DNA from: Rebecca billardiae RCC1528
Lineage: Eukaryota > Protista > Haptophyta
Length of the DNA stretch: 64,000 nucleotides
Assembly (NCBI GenBank): GCA_965240325.2
Contig: OZ251233.1
Span: forward strand, 1,054,001 to 1,118,000
Direction of reading: 5' to 3'
Part shown: positions 34,806-46,024 of the stretch, piece by piece
Position numbering within the stretch: position 1 is the stretch's first letter
How the letters are laid out: every line of letters begins with the position of its first letter
Made by a program: the position numbers and the translations under genes
The notes under the pieces: generated by a model
The model's database searches: none
Told to the model about the DNA's origin: nothing
Seen by the model: only the letters and a program-made list of their open reading frames with translations

Positions 34806-35882
34806 TCATTGGAAGCCGTCACGGCGGCACCCTGGCCGCCTCAGCAGTGGCGCCGTCCGCGCCGCGGCCAGCGCTTGCGAGAGCGAGCTGCCGTGCCACC
34901 CATCGCCAGCAGCGGCAGACGCGGCAGCAGGGCCTGCGCTCGAGCAGGAGGAGCTGCTGCTGCTCAGCCGGGGAACGGCCGTGCTCGCGATGCTGCTCGC
35001 GGGCGATCCCGACTCGGCACAGAGGTCGACGGCGAACTCGTGCTTCACCCAGATCGCCGGTGGCTTCGGCGCCGCAGCCGCCGAGGCGACCCTGCTTCTC
35101 GACGGCGACGCCTCGTCACCGCGCCGGCCGTTGCGCGGGTTCACGGCGGCGACGATGACGCTGATGCTCGTCCTGTGCGCGCGGCCGGAGCTGCTGCTGC
35201 GCGCGGGGGCGCTGCCGTCGGACGTTGACCCGCGCGCGCGCCCGAAGATGCCGCCGACGGCGTGGAGCGCGCTCGAGAGCGATGGGCGTGCCGAGCGCGG
35301 CGGAGCGTGCGGCGGCGCGCACGGTGCGGCGCTCGCGTCGGCGGTGACATCCACCGGGGTGGCGGGGGTCGGCGGAACGGGCGCATGCACGCGCTGCGGG
35401 GTCGGCGGAGTGGGCGCATGCACGCGCGCCTCCCGCGCGAGCAGCGCGAGCGCGTCGTCGGGGCTGGTCTGGGCCCACTTCGTGCGCTGCACGAGGTGCG
35501 CAAACGCCCGGTACTCGTCGGGTCCGACCAACATCGCCGAGCAGTCGAGCAGCGTGCACCACGCCTCGAGCTCCGCGCGGCACAGCTCGGCCGGGTGCAG
35601 GTTGGCCGCTTCGGCGTCGAGCGGGAGCATGTTGTCGTAGCAGAGGTCGTTGGCGAACTTCTCGGCGAGGACGACGCACGCGGCGAAGTGAAGCGGCGCA
35701 TCCGCCGCAAGGCGCTGCGCCGCATCGCCCGCGAGCAGCTGGCCAAAGTACGCGGTCGCGAGCACGATCGACTCGGCATCGATGCACGCGACCCAGCGCG
35801 TGTTGGGCGGCGGGCCGTGCTCGGGGGCGATCGCGGCGAGCAGCCTGCGCGCGCGCTTGAGCAGCACGTCGGGCGGCGTCAT
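34806..35882 (-). CDS. PHO80/cyclin-P/U-like cyclin-box protein, array copy 1
   Basis: ESIVLATAYF...FAACVVLAEKFANDLCYDN...PAELCRAELEAWCTLLD...VGPDEY matches the Pho80-type pattern A.KF.DD..Y.N...EL...ELE. It has an S/P-rich tail. First ATG is at 35882. Confidence 0.7.
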   Translation of the reverse strand: MTPPDVLLKRARRLLAAIAPEHGPPPNTRWVACIDAESIVLATAYFGQLLAGDAAQRLAADAPLHFAACVVLAEKFANDLCYDNMLPLDAEAANLHPAELCRAELEAWCTLLDCSAMLVGPDEYRAFAHLVQRTKWAQTSPDDALALLAREARVHAPTPPTPQRVHAPVPPTPATPVDVTADASAAPCAPPHAPPRSARPSLSSALHAVGGIFGRARGSTSDGSAPARSSSSGRAHRTSISVIVAAVNPRNGRRGDEASPSRSRVASAAAAPKPPAIWVKHEFAVDLCAESGSPASSIASTAVPRLSSSSSSCSSAGPAAASAAAGDGWHGSSLSQALAAARTAPLLRRPGCRRDGFQ

Positions 35883-36554
35883 GGAGTGGTTGGCGTTGTC
35901 GTGACCGACGTCGCTTGGCCCTCCAGCCGCTCGCAAACTTCGCGTGTTCACCAAGGCCCGGTGGATTCACGTGCGTCGGTCAACTTCGTCCCCGATGCGA
36001 ATTTGCTAATTAAGTCCTACTACTAGTACACGCGTAAATCATATCTAGAATGAGTACCCGCTGTCAAGTAATTTCGAGGCCTGAGATGCCTTTGAATCCC
36101 TGTGATTCTTCATGACAATAATTCAGAGAGGTCGCCAGGTCGGTGCGCTATGTTTTCACGTGAGCGTACTCCTCTGAGCATTCATTGACGATCCAGCACG
36201 AACCGAGAATCACCGGCCGCGTGATTCTCGGTTCGTGCCGATTTAAACTGCGAGCGAACACGCTCGTCGCCGCCCCATCGCCGTCCGCCCCATCGGCCAC
36301 CATCGTCGTCACCGCGGTGTCTCGCGAGTCGCAACGCGTCGGTATCAGTCTGAGTCGCATTCTTCTGCATGATACAATTAGCCAGAGCGTCTTGCCGTGT
36401 CACACGGTTGTCAGCGACGGCCGCCGGTCGCGCGACGGCGCGAGGTGCCGCGCAGCCGATCACACAACAGTATGCATCGCGCGCCGAGCCGGCGAGCCCG
36501 CGTCGCGGCTCGGGCGCCGCCGCGTCGAAGCATGATCATGGGCTTCATCGTCCT

Positions 36555-37630
36555 TCATTGGAGGCCGTCACGGCGGCACCCTGGCCGCCTCGGCAGTGGC
36601 GCCGTCCGCGCCGCGGCCAGCGCTTGCGAGAGCGAGCTGCCGTGCCACCCATCGCCAGCAGCGGCAGACGCGGCAGCAGGGCCTGCGCTCGAGCAGGAGG
36701 AGCTGCTGCTGCTCAGCCGGGGAACGGCCGTGCTCGCGATGCTGCTCGCGGGCGATCCCGACTCGGCACAGAGGTCGACGGCGAACTCGTGCTTCACCCA
36801 GATCGCCGGTGGCTTCGGCGCCGCAGCCGCCGAGGCGACCCTGCTTCTCGCGGCGACGCCTCATCACCGCGCCGGCCGTTGCGCGGGTTCACGGCGGCGA
36901 CGATGACGCTGATGCTCGTCCTGTGCGCGCGGCCGGAGCTGCTGCTGCGCGCGGGGGCGCTGCCGTCGGACGTTGACCCGCGCGCGCGCCCAAAGATGCC
37001 GCCGACGGCGTGGAGCGCGCTCGAGAGCGATGGGCGTGCCGAGCGTGGCGGAGCGTGCGGCGGCGCGCACGGTGCGGCGCTCGCCTCGGCGGCGACATCC
37101 ACCGGGGTGGCGGGGGTCGGCGGAACGGGCGCATGCACGCGCTGCGGGATCGGCGAAACGGGCGAATGCACACGCGCCTCCCGCGCGAGCAGCGCGAGCG
37201 CGTCGTCGGGGCTCATCCTCCGCCACTTCGTGCGCTGCACGAGGTGCGCAAACGCCCGGTACTCGTCGTGCCCGACCAACACCGCCGAGCAGTCGAGCAG
37301 CGTGCACCACGCCTCGAGCTCCGCGCGGCACAGCTCGGCCGGGTGCAGGTTGGCCGCTTCGGCGACGAGCGAGAGCATGTTGTCGTAGCAGAGGTCGTTG
37401 GCGAACTTCTCGGCGAGGACGACGCACGCGGCGAAGTGAAGCGGCGCATCCGCCGCAAGGCGCTGCGCCGCATCGCCCGCGAGCAGCTGGCCAAAGTACG
37501 CGGTCGCGAGCACGATCGACTCGGCATCGATGCACGCGACCCAGCGCGTGTTGGGCGGCGGGCCGTGCTCGGGGGCGATCGCGGCGAGCAGCCTGCGCGC
37601 GCGCTTGAGCAGCACGTCGGGCGGCGTCAT
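36555..37630 (-). pseudogene. Cyclin-P-like copy 2, 1-nt deletion after 36850 shifts the C-terminal tail
   Basis: ctgcttctcg|cggcg here versus ctgcttctcgacggcg in the other copies. The cyclin box is intact, so this may be an assembly error. Confidence 0.6.
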
Positions 37631-38325
37631 GGAGTGGTTGGCGTTGTCGTGACCGACGTCGCTTGGCCCTCCAGCCGCTCGCAAACTTCGCGTGTTCACC
37701 AAGGCCCGGTGGATTCACGTGCGTCGGTCAACTTCGTCCCCGATGCGAATTTGCTAATTAAGTCCTACTACTAGTACACGCGTAAATCATATCTAGAATG
37801 AGTACCCGCTGTCAAGTAATTTCGAGGCCTGAGATGCCTTTGAATCCCTGTGATTCTTCATGACAATAATTCAGAGAGGTCGCCAGGTCGGTACGATCGG
37901 TAGTATTATTATACTGCGCTATGTTTTCACGTGAGCGTACTCCTCTGAGCATTCATTGACGATCCAGCACGAACCGAGAATCACCGGCCGCGTGATTCTC
38001 GGTTCGTGCCGATTTAAACTGCGAGCGAACACGCTCGTCGCCGCCCCATCGCCGTCCGCCCCATCGGCCACCATCGTCGTCACCGCGGTGTCTCGCGAGT
38101 CGCAACGCGTCGGTATCAGTCTGAGTCGCATTCTTCTGCATGATACAATTAGCCAGAGCGTCTTGCCGTGTCACACGGTTGTCAGCGACGGCCGCCGGTC
38201 GCGCGACGGCGCGAGGTGCCGCGCAGCCGATCACACAACAGTATGCATCGCGCGCCGAGCCGGCGAGCCCGCGTCGCGGCTCGGGCGCCGCCGCGTCGAA
38301 GCATGATCATGGGCTTCATCGTCCT

Positions 38326-39402
38326 TCATTGGAGGCCGTCACGGCGGCACCCTGGCCGCCTCGGCAGTGGCGCCGTCCGCGCCGCGGCCAGCGCTTGCGA
38401 GAGCGAGCTGCCGTGCCACCCATCGCCAGCAGCGGCAGACGCGGCAGCAGGGCCTGCGCTCGAGCAGGAGGAGCTGCTGCTGCTCAGCCGGGGAACGGCC
38501 GTGCTCGCGATGCTGCTCGCGGGCGATCCCGACTCGGCACAGAGGTCGACGGCGAACTCGTGCTTCACCCAGATCGCCGGTGGCTTCGGCGCCGCAGCCG
38601 CCGAGGCGACCCTGCTTCTCGACGGCGACGCCTCATCACCGCGCCGGCCGTTGCGCGGGTTCACGGCGGCGACGATGACGCTGATGCTCGTCCTGTGCGC
38701 GCGGCCGGAGCTGCTGCTGCGCGCGGGGGCGCTGCCGTCGGACGTTGACCCGCGCGCGCGCCCAAAGATGCCGCCGACGGCGTGGAGCGCGCTCGAGAGC
38801 GATGGGCGTGCCGAGCGTGGCGGAGCGTGCGGCGGCGCGCACGGTGCGGCGCTCGCCTCGGCGGCGACATCCACCGGGGTGGCGGGGGTCGGCGGAACGG
38901 GCGCATGCACGCGCTGCGGGATCGGCGAAACGGGCGAATGCACACGCGCCTCCCGCGCGAGCAGCGCGAGCGCGTCGTCGGGGCTCATCCTCCGCCACTT
39001 CGTGCGCTGCACGAGGTGCGCAAACGCCCGGTACTCGTCGTGCCCGACCAACACCGCCGAGCAGTCGAGCAGCGTGCACCACGCCTCGAGCTCCGCGCGG
39101 CACAGCTCGGCCGGGTGCAGGTTGGCCGCTTCGGCGACGAGCGGGAGCATGTTGTCGTAGCAGAGGTCGTTGGCGAACTTCTCGGCGAGGACGACGCACG
39201 CGGCGAAGTGAAGCGGCGCATCCGCCGCAAGGCGCTGCGCCGCATCGCCCGCGAGCAGCTGGCCAAAGTACGCGGTCGCGAGCACGATCGACTCGGCATC
39301 GATGCACGCGACCCAGCGCGTGTTGGGCGGCGGGCCGTGCTCGGGGGCGATCGCGGCGAGCAGCCTGCGCGCGCGCTTGAGCAGCACGTCGGGCGGCGTC
39401 AT
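38326..39402 (-). CDS. Cyclin-P-like copy 3
   Basis: Intact ORF, near-identical to copies 1, 2, 4 and 5. Confidence 0.7.
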   Translation of the reverse strand: MTPPDVLLKRARRLLAAIAPEHGPPPNTRWVACIDAESIVLATAYFGQLLAGDAAQRLAADAPLHFAACVVLAEKFANDLCYDNMLPLVAEAANLHPAELCRAELEAWCTLLDCSAVLVGHDEYRAFAHLVQRTKWRRMSPDDALALLAREARVHSPVSPIPQRVHAPVPPTPATPVDVAAEASAAPCAPPHAPPRSARPSLSSALHAVGGIFGRARGSTSDGSAPARSSSSGRAHRTSISVIVAAVNPRNGRRGDEASPSRSRVASAAAAPKPPAIWVKHEFAVDLCAESGSPASSIASTAVPRLSSSSSSCSSAGPAAASAAAGDGWHGSSLSQALAAARTAPLPRRPGCRRDGLQ

Positions 39403-40097
39403 GGAGTGGTTGGCGTTGTCGTGACCGACGTCGCTTGGCCCTCCAGCCGCTCGCAAACTTCGCGTGTTCACCAAGGCCCGGTGGATTCACGTGCGTCGGT
39501 CAACTTCGTCCCCGATGCGAATTTGCTAATTAAGTCCTACTACTAGTACACGCGTAAATCATATCTAGAATGAGTACCCGCTGTCAAGTAATTTCGAGGC
39601 CTGAGATGCCTTTGAATCCCTGTGATTCTTCATGACAATAATTCAGAGAGGTCGCCAGGTCGGTACGATCGGTAGTATTATTATACTGCGCTATGTTTTC
39701 ACGTGAGCGTACTCCTCTGAGCATTCATTGACGATCCAGCACGAACCGAGAATCACCGGCCGCGTGATTCTCGGTTCGTGCCGATTTAAACTGCGAGCGA
39801 ACACGCTCGTCGCCGCCCCATCGCCGTCCGCCCCATCGGCCACCATCGTCGTCACCGCGGTGTCTCGCGAGTCGCAACGCGTCGGTATCAGTCTGAGTCG
39901 CATTCTTCTGCATGATACAATTAGCCAGAGCGTCTTGCCGTGTCACACGGTTGTCAGCGACGGCCGCCGGTCGCGCGACGGCGCGAGGTGCCGCGCAGCC
40001 GATCACACAACAGTATGCATCGCGCGCCGAGCCGGCGAGCCCGCGTCGCGGCTCGGGCGCCGCCGCGTCGAAGCATGATCATGGGCTTCATCGTCCT

Positions 40098-41174
40098 TCA
40101 TTGGAGGCCGTCACGGCGGCACCCTGGCCGCCTCGGCAGTGGCGCCGTCCGCGCCGCGGCCAGCGCTTGCGAGAGCGAGCTGCCGTGCCACCCATCGCCA
40201 GCAGCGGCAGACGCGGCAGCAGGGCCTGCGCTCGAGCAGGAGGAGCTGCTGCTGCTCAGCCGGGGAACGGCCGTGCTCGCGATGCTGCTCGCGGGCGATC
40301 CCGACTCGGCACAGAGGTCGACGGCGAACTCGTGCTTCACCCAGATCGCCGGTGGCTTCGGCGCCGCAGCCGCCGAGGCGACCCTGCTTCTCGACGGCGA
40401 CGCCTCATCACCGCGCCGGCCGTTGCGCGGGTTCACGGCGGCGACGATGACGCTGATGCTCGTCCTGTGCGCGCGGCCGGAGCTGCTGCTGCGCGCGGGG
40501 GCGCTGCCGTCGGACGTTGACCCGCGCGCGCGCCCAAAGATGCCGCCGACGGCGTGGAGCGCGCTCGAGAGCGATGGGCGTGCCGAGCGTGGCGGAGCGT
40601 GCGGCGGCGCGCACGGTGCGGCGCTCGCCTCGGCGGCGACATCCACCGGGGTGGCGGGGGTCGGCGGAACGGGCGCATGCACGCGCTGCGGGATCGGCGA
40701 AACGGGCGAATGCACACGCGCCTCCCGCGCGAGCAGCGCGAGCGCGTCGTCGGGGCTCATCCTCCGCCACTTCGTGCGCTGCACGAGGTGCGCAAACGCC
40801 CGGTACTCGTCGTGCCCGACCAACACCGCCGAGCAGTCGAGCAGCGTGCACCACGCCTCGAGCTCCGCGCGGCACAGCTCGGCCGGGTGCAGGTTGGCCG
40901 CTTCGGCGACGAGCGGGAGCATGTTGTCGTAGCAGAGGTCGTTGGCGAACTTCTCGGCGAGGACGACGCACGCGGCGAAGTGAAGCGGCGCATCCGCCGC
41001 AAGGCGCTGCGCCGCATCGCCCGCGAGCAGCTGGCCAAAGTACGCGGTCGCGAGCACGATCGACTCGGCATCGATGCACGCGACCCAGCGCGTGTTGGGC
41101 GGCGGGCCGTGCTCGGGGGCGATCGCGGCGAGCAGCCTGCGCGCGCGCTTGAGCAGCACGTCGGGCGGCGTCAT
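40098..41174 (-). CDS. Cyclin-P-like copy 4
   Basis: Translation identical to copy 3, located 1772 bp away. Confidence 0.7.
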   Translation of the reverse strand: MTPPDVLLKRARRLLAAIAPEHGPPPNTRWVACIDAESIVLATAYFGQLLAGDAAQRLAADAPLHFAACVVLAEKFANDLCYDNMLPLVAEAANLHPAELCRAELEAWCTLLDCSAVLVGHDEYRAFAHLVQRTKWRRMSPDDALALLAREARVHSPVSPIPQRVHAPVPPTPATPVDVAAEASAAPCAPPHAPPRSARPSLSSALHAVGGIFGRARGSTSDGSAPARSSSSGRAHRTSISVIVAAVNPRNGRRGDEASPSRSRVASAAAAPKPPAIWVKHEFAVDLCAESGSPASSIASTAVPRLSSSSSSCSSAGPAAASAAAGDGWHGSSLSQALAAARTAPLPRRPGCRRDGLQ

Positions 41175-41845
41175 GGAGTGGTTGGCGTTGTCGTGACCGA
41201 CGTCGCTTGGCCCTCCAGCCGCTCGCAAACTTCGCGTGTTCACCAAGGCCCGGTGGATTCACGTGCGTCGGTCAACTTCGTCCCCGATGCGAATTTGCTA
41301 ATTAAGTCCTACTACTAGTACACGCGTAAATCATATCTAGAATGAGTACCCGCTGTCAAGTAATTTCGAGGCCTGAGATGCCTTTGAATCCCTGTGATTC
41401 TTCATGACAATAATTCAGAGAGGTCGCCGGTCGGTGCGCTATGTTTTCACGTGAGCGTACTCCTCTGAGCATTCATTGACGATCCAGCACGAACCGAGAA
41501 TCACCGGCCGCGTGATTCTCGGTTCGTGCCGATTTAAACTGCGAGCGAACACGCTCGTCGCCGCCCCATCGCCGTCCGCCCCATCGGCCACCATCGTCGT
41601 CACCGCGGTGTCTCGCGAGTCGCAACGCGTCGGTATCAGTCTGAGTCGCATTCTTCTGCATGATACAATTAGCCAGAGCGTCTTGCCGTGTCACACGGTT
41701 GTCAGCGACGGCCGCCGGTCGCGCGACGGCGCGAGGTGCCGCGCAGCCGATCACACAACAGTATGCATCGCGCGCCGAGCCGGCGAGCCCGCGTCGCGGC
41801 TCGGGCGCCGCCGCGTCGAAGCATGATCATGGGCTTCATCGTCCT

Positions 41846-42922
41846 TCATTGGAGGCCGTCACGGCGGCACCCTGGCCGCCTCGGCAGTGGCGCCGTCCGC
41901 GCCGCGGCCAGCGCTTGCGAGAGCGAGCTGCCGTGCCACCCATCGCCAGCAGCGGCAGACGCGGCAGCAGGGCCTGCGCTCGAGCAGGAGGAGCTGCTGC
42001 TGCTCAGCCGGGGAACGGCCGTGCTCGCGATGCTGCTCGCGGGCGATCCCGACTCGGCACAGAGGTCGACGGCGAACTCGTGCTTCACCCAGATCGCCGG
42101 TGGCTTCGGCGCCGCAGCCGCCGAGGCGACCCTGCTTCTCGACGGCGACGCCTCATCACCGCGCCGGCCGTTGCGCGGGTTCACGGCGGCGACGATGACG
42201 CTGATGCTCGTCCTGTGCGCGCGGCCGGAGCTGCTGCTGCGCGCGGGGGCGCTGCCGTCGGACGTTGACCCGCGCGCGCGCCCAAAGATGCCGCCGACGG
42301 CGTGGAGCGCGCTCGAGAGCGATGGGCGTGCCGAGCGTGGCGGAGCGTGCGGCGGCGCGCACGGTGCGGCGCTCGCCTCGGCGGCGACATCCACCGGGGT
42401 GGCGGGGGTCGGCGGAACGGGCGCATGCACGCGCTGCGGGATCGGCGAAACGGGCGAATGCACACGCGCCTCCCGCGCGAGCAGCGCGAGCGCGTCGTCG
42501 GGGCTCATCCTCCGCCACTTCGTGCGCTGCACGAGGTGCGCAAACGCCCGGTACTCGTCGTGCCCGACCAACACCGCCGAGCAGTCGAGCAGCGTGCACC
42601 ACGCCTCGAGCTCCGCGCGGCACAGCTCGGCCGGGTGCAGGTTGGCCGCCTCGGCGACGAGCGGGAGCATGTTGTCGTAGCAGAGATCGTTGGCGAACTT
42701 CTCGGCGAGGACGACGCACGCGGCGAAGTGAAGCGGCGCATCCGCCGCAAGGCGCTGCGCCGCATCGCCCGCGAGCAGCCGGCCAAAGTACGCGGTCGCG
42801 AGCACGATCGACTCGGCGTCGACGCACGCGACCCAGCGCGTGTCGGGCGGCGGGCCGTGCTCGGGGGCGATCGCGGCGAGCAGCCTGCGCGCGCGCTTGA
42901 GCAGCACGTCTGGCGGCGTCAT
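41846..42922 (-). CDS. Cyclin-P-like copy 5 (different upstream region)
   Basis: Intact ORF with a few N-terminal substitutions (PPDTRW, CVDAE, FGRLL). The 5' flank diverges beyond about 42955. Confidence 0.7.
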   Translation of the reverse strand: MTPPDVLLKRARRLLAAIAPEHGPPPDTRWVACVDAESIVLATAYFGRLLAGDAAQRLAADAPLHFAACVVLAEKFANDLCYDNMLPLVAEAANLHPAELCRAELEAWCTLLDCSAVLVGHDEYRAFAHLVQRTKWRRMSPDDALALLAREARVHSPVSPIPQRVHAPVPPTPATPVDVAAEASAAPCAPPHAPPRSARPSLSSALHAVGGIFGRARGSTSDGSAPARSSSSGRAHRTSISVIVAAVNPRNGRRGDEASPSRSRVASAAAAPKPPAIWVKHEFAVDLCAESGSPASSIASTAVPRLSSSSSSCSSAGPAAASAAAGDGWHGSSLSQALAAARTAPLPRRPGCRRDGLQ

Positions 42923-43512
42923 GGAGTGGTTGGCGTTGTCGCGACCGACGTCGGTTGGTGTTGGCAAACTTTACTCACTGTCATTGACGTCAACTTCATC
43001 TCCTCAATATCTGGACGAGCGATGTTGCGATTCTCGGTGAATCATGACCTCAGTTTTGAGCTACTACTACGTACAAGTATTCCCGAAGATGTTCAGCCTG
43101 TGAGATTGGTGAGATGACTCTTTTGTATCGGTGAGTCGGGAATTTGGAGAACCTCATGAATGGCCGAGGCGGCAAGTGGATGTGGCCAATATGTGGCCAA
43201 TGAATACTGCATACTCATCGCGATGACGATCCATATTCATCACTCCCGCCAAGCCGTTGGATCTCGCCATTCTCGGCCGGTGAGGTTTGCGCCGCCGTTA
43301 GCCTTGCCAGTGGCAGTCCTCGTGAGCGAACACACAATCATCATCATGCCGCCGCCGCCCCATCGGCCTTCATCCAAGTCACCGCGGTGTTTCCGTCTCG
43401 CGAGCGCGTCGGTATCCGTCTAAGTCGCATTCTTCTGAATGACACAGTCATAAGCCAGAGCGTCTTGCCGTGTCACACAGTGTCAATATGACGGCTGGTC
43501 GCGCGAGGTGGA

Positions 43513-44673
43513 TCACCACGGACTCACGGAGGCAGAGAGGCGGGCTCCAGGTAGGGTTCTTCGCGGAGGCGTCGTCGCGCGCACAGATGTCCTCGCCGTG
43601 GTGAGCGCGCGCGTGACAGCAGAGGGTGGTGGAATGCGAGCATGATGCCCGTCGACGCCGTGCCGGCCGTCAGCGCCAGCAGCGGAGGCGCACCCGGGGA
43701 GGCCTTCTTCTCCGCGGCTGAGGGCGGCGGCGCCGCTGCTGCTGCCGCTGCCGGGGCGGAAGGCTGAACTCGCGATGCCTGCGGATGACGACTGCGCGCG
43801 AAGGTCCTTGGCGCACGGGTGCGTCGCCCAGCGGGGTGACTGTGCTACGGCCGGCACGCCGTCCCTGCCGCTCCACCGCGCCGCTGCGCGGCGCTGGCCG
43901 TTGATGATGACGCTGATGTTCATAACACGCCGTCTCGTGCTGCACAGGTTGCTGCGGTCGGCATGCGACACGCGCGCGCGGCCGAAAATGCCGCGGACGG
44001 CGTGAAGCGCGCCCGAGAGTGGCCAAAGCAGCGAGCTCGGGGGTGCTTCGGCGGTTCGTGGCAGCGCGTGCGGTGCGGCACTCGCCCCCACAACGACATC
44101 CGCACGTGTGGTGCTGGGCGTTGGCGGCACGGCGGCAGGAGGATGAGCGACTGGCGCGTGCACGCGCGCCTCCCGCGCGAGCAGCGCGAGCGCGTCGTCG
44201 GGGCTAGTCTGTGCCCAAGCCGTGTGCTGGACGAGGTGCGCGAACGCCTGGTACTCGTCGGGTCCGACCAACACCGCCGAGCAGTCGAGCAGCGTGCACC
44301 ACGCCTCGAGCTCCGCGCGGCACAGCTCGGCCGGGTGCAGGTTGGCCGCCTCGGCGATGAGCGGGAGCATGTTGTCGTAGCAGAGGTCGTTGGCGAACTT
44401 CTCGGCGAGGACGACGCACGCGGCGAAGTGAAGCGGCGCATCCGCCGCAAGGCGCTGCGCCGCATCGCCCGCGAGCAGGCGGCCGAGGTACGCGGTCGCG
44501 AGCACGAGCGACTCGACGCCGACGCACGGGACCCAGCGCGTGTCGGGCGGCGGGCTGTGCTCGGGGGCGATCGCGGCGAGCAGCTTGCGCATGCGCGCGT
44601 GCATCGGTTGCCGCGGCGCCCCGCCGTGCGCGTCCGTGCGCCCGACGTCCGGGACGGCAGCGGCAGGTGACAT
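43513..44673 (-). CDS. Cyclin-P-like copy 6 (diverged paralogue)
   Basis: The cyclin box is nearly identical to the other copies, while the N-terminus and C-terminal tail have diverged. Confidence 0.7.
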   Translation of the reverse strand: MSPAAAVPDVGRTDAHGGAPRQPMHARMRKLLAAIAPEHSPPPDTRWVPCVGVESLVLATAYLGRLLAGDAAQRLAADAPLHFAACVVLAEKFANDLCYDNMLPLIAEAANLHPAELCRAELEAWCTLLDCSAVLVGPDEYQAFAHLVQHTAWAQTSPDDALALLAREARVHAPVAHPPAAVPPTPSTTRADVVVGASAAPHALPRTAEAPPSSLLWPLSGALHAVRGIFGRARVSHADRSNLCSTRRRVMNISVIINGQRRAAARWSGRDGVPAVAQSPRWATHPCAKDLRAQSSSAGIASSAFRPGSGSSSGAAALSRGEEGLPGCASAAGADGRHGVDGHHARIPPPSAVTRALTTARTSVRATTPPRRTLPGARLSASVSPW

Positions 44674-45008
44674 CGAATCCCGCCGGGCGGCGGGCGGCGG
44701 GCTGCGCGATGTGGAGAGGGGCTCGTCGTCGACTCAAGCGACGAGGTTTTTCATCTCGGTCGCAGGTCCCCGCCGCTGCGGACCGCAAAGGTGCCCGAGA
44801 GGGGCGAGGAATCTGTTGATTAATATAGCTCCCACTTTACTTCGTACGGCTTCAGGGCCGATGGGCGGTGACAGTTGGCGAGCGGGCGTCCTCGAATCAT
44901 TGTATACATATTCATCAAGATTCCCACATTACTCACCCCTTCAAGTGGTCCAACGGCCCCCCGCCCTGTCGCCCCCAATCCAACATGGCCGGCCACCCGT
45001 GCTTCGGT

Positions 45009-45092
45009 CTCGCGGCGACGTACCTCGGCCGCCTGTTCGCGGGCGATGCGGCGCAGCGCCTCGCGGCGGATGCACCGCTTCACTTCGCCTGT
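45009..45092 (+). pseudogene. Inverted relic fragment of the cyclin-like gene
   Basis: Encodes LAATYLGRLFAGDAAQRLAADAPLHFAC on the opposite strand, with no flanking homology. Confidence 0.75.
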
Positions 45093-46024
45093 AGCCGCAT
45101 AGGCTATGGCGGGCAAGAACAGCTTGAGTGATTCCGGAGAGTGTCCCGCGCGGTTGTCACCTGGCTGCCTGCCCCGGCGGCTGCAACTCGCGACGGCGGC
45201 GCGCCGAACCGTAGTATTGCTCGACTGGGTCTGCACACCGGGCGTCGCCTGCAACTGTTCACGACCGTCCGCCAGTCCTACAGTCCGAGGCTCAGTAGGC
45301 GCGCGCGCGCTTGATGGCGTGCCCTGCGCAGTCACGGTCACCAACTCACCTCAGGCTGCGCCTGCCCCGCCAGCGTCCGCAGGCGGGCGCAGCACCGGAC
45401 TGTCAACGCAGCTGCCTTACAGTAGTGCCTTGATGACAACCAGCTGTCTTGACAGCTGCAAGCACCCATCGTCTGACTTCTGAGCTAAATGCTGGCCAAA
45501 CCGCGCTGTTTATCAACGCTGAAGGTAGTCCTCAAGCTGCCGCCGGCGTGCAGCGGCGGCTGCAACTCACTTAGGCGCCCTGTCGTCAGGCTCAATGGCA
45601 TGTGTCGTGCCCGAGCGGCCGTGCGCAGCGACGACTGCATCGACGCGCGCCTCTCCGTGCGCCTCGCCGATGGGCCTTGTAGAACCGCGGTGGCGGTGCG
45701 GTGCCGCGGTGCCGCGCCGCGCGCGCGCGCCTGCGGCACGCCACCGGATGATATATATATAGTTGATATTCGTTACTGTAGTCAGTCGCTGAACGGCCAA
45801 CTCGTCCCATCGTCGTCGGGTCTGCCGGCCCTGGCAAGCTTCTCCGTCGCGTCCTAGACGCGCTGTGTTCGACCAGCCCCACCGTACAACCGGGACAAGG
45901 CCGCCAGGCCCCCGCAGTTTCATCAAAACGTCATCGCGCCGTTCCACGGCCGGCTGCCGTCCGTCATGGAGGACGGTCGCAGGCTATAGCGCTGGCGCGA
46001 GCAGCGCAGCCCGCTGCACGCCCG

